Part shown: one piece after another, positions 18,360-26,400 of the stretch
Layout: the number at the start of each line of letters is the position of its first letter
Numbering within the stretch: the first letter of the stretch is position 1
Source: Hirschia litorea
GTDB lineage: Bacteria > Pseudomonadota > Alphaproteobacteria > Caulobacterales > Hyphomonadaceae
DNA length: 40,000 nt
Reading direction: 5' to 3'
NCBI RefSeq assembly: GCF_042665075.1
Contig: NZ_JBHTBR010000002.1
Span: 1,288,987-1,328,986 of the forward strand
Translations under genes and position numbers: made by a program
The notes under the pieces: generated by a model
What the model saw: only the letters and a program-made list of their open reading frames with translations
Told to the model about the DNA's origin: nothing
Databases searched by the model: none

Positions 18360-19033
18360 ATACTATCACTTATGAATTGATTTCACTAGAACATTCTTGG
18401 GAAGATTATTCCGATTTAGGTATAGATATTTACAATTATAGAAATGAATTAAAACGCTTACGTCACGACAATGGACAAGAAACTAGAGAAGAATCTGATG
18501 CTAGATTACAAAAACTTTTTCAACGTGAAGAAGGTTTAAAGACTCAGCATTTTGATAGAATTCACAACGGGTATTTTGATGCGTTTGGCAATGATATAGA
18601 TAAAGGGGCGGAAAAAACCAAAATACCGCACGCTATGTTTGATGATAGAATTCGTGATTTCGAAATTAATTGGGATTCAAGCACTTTAAAAGCTCATGGG
18701 AAAACGTTCATAGGTATTGAAGTAAGGCCGAGTGATCTCTTGTTGAGAGAAATATCTGAGAGCAAAGACCAATATTCTCAAACGGCAGCCCACATTGTTT
18801 CAAAACCGAATCCATCTAAACAAGGCAGGCCTTCACGTGGCGAACAGATTATGAAGGCAATTCTTCGTCATCACAATGAAAATAAGGCGTGGTTTGACTT
18901 ACCACCTACGGAACGTCGAATTCAGTATTTTAAATTCATAAAAGAAGTTTATCAAAAATGCCCTAAAACAAGCCAAGGTTTTTCATATAAGACTATTGAA
19001 AAATACGAGAAGATTTTTAAAGAAAGTCTATAA
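18338..19033 (+). CDS. Hypothetical protein (231 aa), element-encoded
   Basis: A long AT-rich ORF divergent from cas1. Its 5' end overlaps the annotated cas1 start by 22 nt. No motif recognised. Confidence 0.45.
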   Translation: MSDLNTSNTITYELISLEHSWEDYSDLGIDIYNYRNELKRLRHDNGQETREESDARLQKLFQREEGLKTQHFDRIHNGYFDAFGNDIDKGAEKTKIPHAMFDDRIRDFEINWDSSTLKAHGKTFIGIEVRPSDLLLREISESKDQYSQTAAHIVSKPNPSKQGRPSRGEQIMKAILRHHNENKAWFDLPPTERRIQYFKFIKEVYQKCPKTSQGFSYKTIEKYEKIFKESL

Positions 19034-19043
19034 AAAACAAGGC

Positions 19044-19108
19044 CTATAAAACCTATTTAAAAAAATCACTTTATAGGTTTTTATCTAACTTGCCCATAGG
19101 TTTTATAG
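19044..19108. promoter_or_regulatory. Cluster of three copies of a 13-bp motif ATAGGTTTT(T)ATAG; putative operator/iteron upstream of the polymerase operon
   Basis: CTATAAAACCTAT (19044-19056) is the exact reverse complement of ATAGGTTTTATAG (19096-19108). A third copy, TATAGGTTTTTAT (19072-19084), lies between them. Confidence 0.4.
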
Positions 19109-19168
19109 AGTTCGTTATCTCGATTGTGAAGCGGTTCCCATTGGTCCGCACATTAATCGAGAAGCAAC

Positions 19169-19747
19169 ATGGCCCGCAAACGCGACTATAAAGCAGAATA
19201 CGAACGCCGCTTAGAACGCGGCCGAAAAAAAGGATTGTCGCGCTCACAAGCGCGCGGCCACCCAAAAAAAGGTGAACCCTTGGCAAGTTCACCTCAAGTC
19301 AAACCCAAATCAGATGAGAAGATAGAAGCCGCTCTTCGACACATGCAATTGGGCATGTCGATGACAACAGCTGCGCGCACTGAGCAACTCTCATCCAAAC
19401 GTCTTAGCCAATTCATACACGCGCACGGTATTGCTAAATGGCAAAACCGCAAATGGATCATGAAGGATAGCAGGCCTCGCCGCGTTCCTCATATCAAAGG
19501 TTCATACGCAACCACCGTAACGGTGCCAGACTTTGCAAACGCAAGTCGTGCAGGCCAATACCATAATGCAGTCGGACGGTTTGTGAACACAGGTGATCTG
19601 TCATTCATCGAGCCTTTTGAGGGTGACAGCATCATCGACACCAAAGGTCGTTCTCACCCCTTTGAAACTGACCCCAACAATCTCTTTCGTTACGCTATGA
19701 AAGATGAACCCCCATTCCATGAAATTTATCAAATCGTCTCAAACTGA
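19169..19747 (+). CDS. Basic protein with probable helix-turn-helix (192 aa), first gene of the polymerase operon
   Basis: It has an Arg/Lys-rich N-terminus (KRDYKAEYERRLERGRKKGLSRSQARGHP) and an HTH-like stretch (MSMTTAARTEQLSSKRLSQFI). An AAGGAG for the next gene lies 14 nt downstream of its stop. Confidence 0.55.
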   Translation: MARKRDYKAEYERRLERGRKKGLSRSQARGHPKKGEPLASSPQVKPKSDEKIEAALRHMQLGMSMTTAARTEQLSSKRLSQFIHAHGIAKWQNRKWIMKDSRPRRVPHIKGSYATTVTVPDFANASRAGQYHNAVGRFVNTGDLSFIEPFEGDSIIDTKGRSHPFETDPNNLFRYAMKDEPPFHEIYQIVSN

Positions 19748-19761
19748 AAAGGAGTATTCCA

Positions 19762-20139
19762 ATGGACGATATTATTACTGATGCAGACATTAGACATGAA
19801 AATGCGGTTAGCCGCCTCGGAGGCACAAACAAGCAATGCCTTCATTGCGGTGAAGAAGATGCAAGATGTTTAGAACTACATCATCTCGCCGGACAAAAGT
19901 ATCATGATGACGTGGTTCCATTATGCCGAAATTGCCATCGCAAAATATCTGACACTCAATTAGATCACCCTGATGATCTAAATGCAGCAATGCCTGTCAT
20001 GTTTTCAATAGGTCGCTATCTTTTGGGAATAGCAGATTTCCTTTTGATGATTGCTCATCGTCTGCAAGAGTTTGGACAGCAACTTATAGAATGGGCTCAA
20101 GGTTGCGAATTGGTTCCAATTGAGGAGTCGGTTCAATGA
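19762..20139 (+). CDS. HNH endonuclease
   Basis: It has the zinc and HNH signature CLHCGEED..LELHHL..PLCRNCHRKI. Its stop overlaps the polymerase start (ATGA). Confidence 0.8.
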   Translation: MDDIITDADIRHENAVSRLGGTNKQCLHCGEEDARCLELHHLAGQKYHDDVVPLCRNCHRKISDTQLDHPDDLNAAMPVMFSIGRYLLGIADFLLMIAHRLQEFGQQLIEWAQGCELVPIEESVQ

Positions 20140-22877
20140 TCAAGCTAGAACACAAAACAGCTTACGTTCGCGCCTATTCGGAGAAAACTCAAAAGAAGCC
20201 AGTTAGCCAACATAAGAAGCGAAACAATGTTGATACACCGTCTGACTGGTCACTCGTATTTGATTGCGAAACAAACATTGATGCAGCTCAAGCATTACGG
20301 GTGGGCTTTTATCAAGTCCGCAAGTCAGGTGAGCTTAAATCAGAGGGCTTATTTTATGATCCTGACAATGTGTCGAACTCTGATCTTAAAACCATCCAGT
20401 CTTATGCTGCGAACCATAAGCTAAACATTGGAACCGTCCATGAGTTTAGACACAAAGTATTTCTTCGTGTTGGATATGAAGCACGCGCGTCGATTATAGG
20501 GTTTAATCTACCTTTCGATATATCCCGCATTGCTTTGGACTGTGGTCCTGCGAGAGGAAGCCTTAGAGGGGGCTTTACCTTCAAGCTTTCTGAAGATCGC
20601 ACCAATCCACAAGTCAGAGTGAAGCATCTTAGTTCAACAGCCGCGCTCTATGACTTTGCTAAACCTAAAGGACAAGACACGCCACGCGGAATGCGTAAGA
20701 AGGGTTTGAAAGTTGAACCTCATCGAGGTTATTTCATTGACATAAGAACGATTGCTATGGCCCTGACGAGCCGTAAGCATAGTCTAAAGGGCTTGGCTCA
20801 GTTCCTGAAGGTGGAGACGCAAAAACAAGAGACTGAAGAGCATGGCGGCCCTATAACAGAAGCCTATCTTGATTACGCGCGTGCTGATGTTCAAGCGACT
20901 TGGGAATGCTACGTAAAACTCAAAGCACAATATGACAGTCACGGGTTAGAAACACCGCAGCACCGCATTTTGTCTGAGGCTAGTATTGGAAAAGCTTACC
21001 TTAAACAAAAGCAAGTGAAGCCTTTGCTTGAATGTCAGACTGATCTTCATAGAGAAGACATTGGCCCGATTATGAGTGCTTACTTTGGTGGCCGTGCTGA
21101 AGCGCGTATCCGAAGAGAAATTACTCAAGTTCATTATGCTGATTTCAAGAGCATGTATCCAACGGTAAATGCACTAATGGGGCTTAGTCGCTTTCTTATC
21201 GCAGATGGTTATACCCAATCCGATACAACACAAAATACACAAGAATTCTTGAACACTGCTACTCTTGAAGATCTTCAAAGCAAGAGCACTTGGAAACAGC
21301 TTACAACGCTTGTTTGGCTTAAATCTGATGATGACCTTTTACCCTTCCGCTCCAAGTATGGAGATGAGAAAGGCACGCTCACCATTGGGCTAAATCATAT
21401 CTCTTCAGATACAACGCTCTGCTACTCTCTTGCAGATGTATTGGCTTCCAAAATTCTAACAGGTAAGACGCCTCAAATTGAAAAGGCCATAACCTTTAAA
21501 GCTGGTCCAAAACAAGATGACATTCTGCCAATCAATCTATTTGGAAAGCCTGAATATCGCGTTGATCCACTTAATGAGGATGTGTTTGTAAAGTTCGTCA
21601 ATTTACGTGATGAAGCCAAAGCCCGCAAAGACCCGTTACAACAAGCCATTAAGATCATAGCGAATGCAACTTGCTACGGTATCTTCGTTGAGGTCTTAAG
21701 AGATGAAGCGCCTAAACCTGAAACGCTAAACATCTATGGTCCTGATGGTAATGGCTTTGAAACGAGTTCAACAGCTTTAGAAGAGCCTGGAAAATACTTT
21801 AATCCTGTCTTGGCTGTTCTCATAACAAGTGCAGCGCGACTTATGTTAGCTTTGGCAGAACGTCTCACCACAGATCAAGGCTTAGCTTATACATTCTGCG
21901 ATACTGACAGTATTGCGATGACTAAGCCAGATGACATGAGTGACAAAGATTTCTATCAGCGCGCTCAAAGTGTCATTGATTGGTTTGAGCCGCTAAATCC
22001 ATACCAGAAGCAAGGCTCAATTCTTCAAAGTGAAGATGCAAATTACCATGCTGAAACTGGCAAGTTGGAACCTCTTTATTGTTTAGCTATCTCAGCTAAA
22101 CGCTATGCTTTGTTTAATTTGGATGAAGACGAAAAACCAATCATTAGAAAAGCGTCCGCGCATGGTTTAGGCCATTTGATGGAGCCTTATAATGCAAGCA
22201 ATCCTGCACCTTGTATTCCTAAGCCTGTTATCCCCGTTCATGAGATAGGTGTGAAGCATTGGCAGCATGATTTTTGGTATGTGATCATCACGTCTTTTCT
22301 TAAAGGTGAACCTAACAAAATACCGCGTGATTTCCATCCTGCTTTAGCAAAGCCAGCCCTTAGTCGTTATGGAGCGACTAGCCCTGCAATGCTTTCTTGG
22401 ATGAAACATTTTAACGAGGGTAAGACATACGCTCAAAGTGTGAAGCCGTTTAACTTCCTTACAGCACCGCTTTTGAGAACTGAATGGTACACGCCTGCAC
22501 AATTTGAAGGTAATATACCTGGAGCCAATCCAATCCGCGGCCGTCCTAACGAAGCGTCTAAACCAAAACCGATAGCTCCTTTTGAACGTGATTGCGATAT
22601 TGCGATAAGTAGGATGTTTGATCGGAAGACAGGTGAAACCGTCTCAAAAGAAGTGCTCAAAACCTATGCTGCAGCGCTTGCATCCTACCATTTCAGTCCT
22701 GAAGACAAGTTTGATAATGGCGGATCGTATGATCACGGACCGACACGCAGGAAACACATAAAAGTAGATGGTCTTCAGCTTATTGGGAAAGAAGCAAACA
22801 AGGTTGGAGAAGCTGGACAGCCTGATCCGGTAGCTACGGTGGTAGTCGAATATTCAGACAGTAACGGAATGACGTAA
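20136..22877 (+). CDS. Family B DNA polymerase with 3'-5' exonuclease domain (casposon-type)
   Basis: Motifs present: ExoI LVFDCETN (D43/E45), ExoII GFNLPFDISRI, ExoIII YARADVQATWECY, motif A ADFKSMYPTV (D336), motif B KIIANATCYGIF, motif C FCDTDSIAM (D589/D591, nt 21900-21908) and KxY as AKRYAL. Confidence 0.9.
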   Translation: MIKLEHKTAYVRAYSEKTQKKPVSQHKKRNNVDTPSDWSLVFDCETNIDAAQALRVGFYQVRKSGELKSEGLFYDPDNVSNSDLKTIQSYAANHKLNIGTVHEFRHKVFLRVGYEARASIIGFNLPFDISRIALDCGPARGSLRGGFTFKLSEDRTNPQVRVKHLSSTAALYDFAKPKGQDTPRGMRKKGLKVEPHRGYFIDIRTIAMALTSRKHSLKGLAQFLKVETQKQETEEHGGPITEAYLDYARADVQATWECYVKLKAQYDSHGLETPQHRILSEASIGKAYLKQKQVKPLLECQTDLHREDIGPIMSAYFGGRAEARIRREITQVHYADFKSMYPTVNALMGLSRFLIADGYTQSDTTQNTQEFLNTATLEDLQSKSTWKQLTTLVWLKSDDDLLPFRSKYGDEKGTLTIGLNHISSDTTLCYSLADVLASKILTGKTPQIEKAITFKAGPKQDDILPINLFGKPEYRVDPLNEDVFVKFVNLRDEAKARKDPLQQAIKIIANATCYGIFVEVLRDEAPKPETLNIYGPDGNGFETSSTALEEPGKYFNPVLAVLITSAARLMLALAERLTTDQGLAYTFCDTDSIAMTKPDDMSDKDFYQRAQSVIDWFEPLNPYQKQGSILQSEDANYHAETGKLEPLYCLAISAKRYALFNLDEDEKPIIRKASAHGLGHLMEPYNASNPAPCIPKPVIPVHEIGVKHWQHDFWYVIITSFLKGEPNKIPRDFHPALAKPALSRYGATSPAMLSWMKHFNEGKTYAQSVKPFNFLTAPLLRTEWYTPAQFEGNIPGANPIRGRPNEASKPKPIAPFERDCDIAISRMFDRKTGETVSKEVLKTYAAALASYHFSPEDKFDNGGSYDHGPTRRKHIKVDGLQLIGKEANKVGEAGQPDPVATVVVEYSDSNGMT

Positions 22878-23461
22878 TGGGTTGGGAACGAATGACTGAA
22901 ACAATTAGAGTTTGTGATTGTGGAGAAGGTACCATTACGTACATCTATGAGATGGATGATTGGAACAGAACTCGGAGTTGGGAAGAATTCCAATGCCTGC
23001 ATTGCAAAGCAGAACATCAAATCATCATCGATAAGCGTCAACGAGATCACTTAAAGCGTGAGGCTCTTCTCAAGGAAGCTCAAAAGTTAGCTACTGATTG
23101 CTATCTTGAAAAGTGGTTGGAACATTACAAAGGCCATTCATCGAAGAGAGTTTGGGAAACGCTAACAGGAGGAAAAGTTTATCCAGCGCTTGGAACATTC
23201 TATAGGCATGTTCGTCGTCGTGGACTGGAAGTGGAACTAAAATTTTGGTTCTCCAACGAACTACAAGAGTCACTGAAAATAATAGATGTCGTTGATCAAG
23301 AGATATCCAAACCTCTTGAAGATCGGAATAGAATTCCCGAATTATTTCGACGCTCATTAATCTCCATCTTGGAATATCCAATCAAAGATCGGGCGGAGCG
23401 GCGATTCGTAGAATGGCGGAGCTTTAATATCGCAGACATCTTCGCCGAGGCGGCCGCGTAG
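22877..23461 (+). CDS. Zinc-ribbon-containing hypothetical protein (194 aa)
   Basis: It has CDC..(N33)..CLHC cysteine pairs at the N-terminus. Its start shares one nucleotide with the polymerase stop (TAATG). The last 105 nt overlap the convergent WD40 gene. Confidence 0.5.
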   Translation: MGWERMTETIRVCDCGEGTITYIYEMDDWNRTRSWEEFQCLHCKAEHQIIIDKRQRDHLKREALLKEAQKLATDCYLEKWLEHYKGHSSKRVWETLTGGKVYPALGTFYRHVRRRGLEVELKFWFSNELQESLKIIDVVDQEISKPLEDRNRIPELFRRSLISILEYPIKDRAERRFVEWRSFNIADIFAEAAA

Positions 23462-26400
23462 GATGGAGGCTTTGTCTATCATGTTTTGGTCTATCAGGCG
23501 GATGTAGGGGGTTTCTTTTCCATTCTTGTCTTGTTCTAAAGAAGCAATTAGATGGGAATTACAAAAGCGATCGAAATCATCTTTTTGCGGTTTGATTAGA
23601 CCTGTCCATGTAATATCCCATATACGGACTGTGTTGTCCCAACTCCACGTGAGGATATGTGTTTCATCCTTACTAAAGACGGCACCACTGACCCAGTTCC
23701 CATGTTGTAATGCGGATCCGACCTGCAGGCCAGTTTGCGTATCCCATATCCGCGCGGAGTTGTCATTACTCCAAGTAAGGATACTTGTTCCATCCCTGTT
23801 AAAGACGGCACCATTGATCTCATCCTCATGCTTTAATGAGGCCCCCACCTGCAGGCCAGTGCGAATATCCCATATCCGCGCTGCATGATCATTGCCCCAT
23901 GTGAGAACGCGCGTTTCACCCTTATTAAAAACAGCACCATTGATCCCATCCTCATGTTTTAATGAGGTCCCTACCTGCAGGCCGGTGTGTGTATCCCATA
24001 TCCGCGCTGCATGATCATCGCCCCATGTGAGGATGAGTGTTTCATCCTCGTTAAAGGAAGCACCATTGATATGATCCTCATGCTTTAGAGCTGGTCCAAT
24101 TTGCTGGCCTGTATATACGCCCCATATCCGCGCTGTGTTGTCCCAACTCCATGTGAGGATGCGTGTTCCATCCTTGCTCAAGACGGCACCATTGATACCA
24201 TCCTCGTGTTTTAGAACTGTTCCAATTTGTTGGCCTGTATATACATCCCATATCCGCGCAGTATTGTCCCAACTCCATGTGATGACGCGTGTTCTATTCT
24301 GGCTAAAGACGACATCATCGGTTTCCCCCACATGCTTCAATGTGAAGGATCCAATCTGCTGGCCGGATTGTACGTCCCATGTTCTCACTGTGTTGTTCCC
24401 ACTCAGTGTGAGAACGCGCGTTTCACCCTTATAAAAAACAGCACCATTGATCCCATCCTCATGTTTTAATGAGGTCCCCACCTGCAGGCCGGTGTGTGTA
24501 TCCCATATCCGCGCTGTATCATCATCGCCCCATGTGAGGATGCGTGTTTCATCCTCGTTAAAGGAAACACCTTTGATCCAATCTTCATGTTTTAGTACGC
24601 GTTCATTTTGTACATTCCATATTCGTACTGTATCGCCCCCACTCAGTGTGAGAATGCGTGTTCCATCCTTGCTAAAGGTGGCACTACTGACCCAATCCTC
24701 ATGTTTTAGAGTTGGTCCAATTTGCTTACCGGTTTGTGCGTCCCATATTCGTGCTGTATCATCATCGCCCCATGTGAGGATGCGTGTTTCATCCGCGTTT
24801 AAGGAAGCACCATTGATATTATCGTTGTGAATTAAGGCTGGCCAGACCTCTCTCCCTGTTTGAGCATCGAAGCGAAGCGTTGCGTTAATCGTTATTGTAA
24901 ATATATATGTGCCGTCTTTGTTTAAAATGGCACCTTCAACCTTACTAGTATGCTCCATTGTAGGGCCAATTTGCTGGCCTGTTTGTGTGTCCCACAACCG
25001 CGTTGTGTTGTCTCCACTCCATGTGAGGATGCGTGTTCCATCCTTGCTAAAGGTGGCACCACTGACCCAATCCTCGTGTTTTAGAACTGGTCCAATTTGC
25101 TGGCCTGTATATACATCCCATATCCGCGCTGCATCATCATCGCCCCATGTAAGGACGCGCGTTTTACCCTTGTTAAAAACAGCACCTTTGATCTCGTTCT
25201 CATACTGTAGTGCGGGTCCTATATGCTGCCCGGTTTGCACATCGTAGATGCCGGCGGTGCTATCATTTTTCCAGGTGAGTATACGTGTTCCATCCTCACT
25301 AAAAAGGGCGTCATTGACATTTTCCTCATACTGTAACGTGGGACCAATCTGCTGTTTCGTTTGTGTATCCCATACCCGCGCGATGCTATCATTACTCCAA
25401 GTAAGGATACGTGTTTCATCCTCAATAAAGGAGGCCCCAATTATCTGTACCCCCCCACTAAAGAGGGAGTTATTGACATAATCAACGTGTTTTAGGGGGG
25501 AGCCGATCTGGTGCCCGGATTGTGCGTCCCACAACCGCGCTGTGTTGTCCCTATTCCATGTGAGGATGCGTGTTCCATCCTTGCTCAAGACGGCACCATA
25601 CACATGGCCCTCATGCTTGATACTCAATGTATGGTTTGAGAACTTCTGGGCATTTGACCTAAATCGGCTAAAGGCTTCTTTAGATGCTGGAGACAGGAGT
25701 GTATCTTGAGCGCCAAGAATTACAAGTTTGGATGCTCGCAAGTAATCGCCTTCATCTTCATACTGTCCAGCGACACTTGCAGTAATCAGAGATTCTATTC
25801 TTGCATCATTTCTTATTTTCCTGATTGTTTGCCACCCACCCCACAGAAGGCCTAGAAATGCAATAGAAATGGTGGCGAGAGTGAAACGTTGCCAAAAGAT
25901 TCTTTGTTTTTCTTTTTCCTCAGCTTTACGAATTTGCTCTTCTTCTTTGTGTTTAATCGTTTCCTGATGCGTGTGACATGCATTTAGATAGACCTCTCCC
26001 ACCGGTCCGATGAGTGATTTCAGATCTGCACGCTTAAGAAGGTCCAATGCTTGCGTCAATCGTTCGCCACTGTGAACAAGCAGATCGCTCTTGTGTTCTA
26101 TTTCTTGAGTTTGCTGCTTACGCCATAATTTCGCGGCTTGCTGAACCTGATGCAAGTGCTCAAGTTGAAAACGTTCTTCACCTATCCATGCAGAAAGTCC
26201 ATGCCAATGCCGCAGCACGGCTTCATGTGAGACTTCAATACAGCTTTCGGCTTTGACTATTGATTGCACAAGTAAGCGTTCATCTACAAAATGCGCAACC
26301 AGCTTATGTAGATGTATGGGTAAGCTAGAAAGAAAGGATACACGCCGCATAGGGGATGAATTTGCTTCATCAAGTTGGACAAGCCAAGGAATAAAAATCT

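Noticed and set aside
23526-25481. Six plus-strand ORFs of 77-127 aa (23526..23888, 24135..24434, 24227..24469, 24447..24830, 24909..25247, 25248..25481) with repetitive peptides such as RMRVPSLLKTAPL
   Set aside because: They lie antisense to the 1480-aa WD40 gene. Their repetitiveness is the antisense translation of the 126-bp coding repeats, and the minus-strand frame carries clear WD40 signatures.
23606-25625. The periodic DNA repeat array could be mistaken for a CRISPR array, which is tempting given the nearby cas1
   Set aside because: The period is about 126 bp, with similarity running through the whole unit, so there is no repeat/unique-spacer alternation. The array is entirely in frame within one long ORF encoding WD40 blades.
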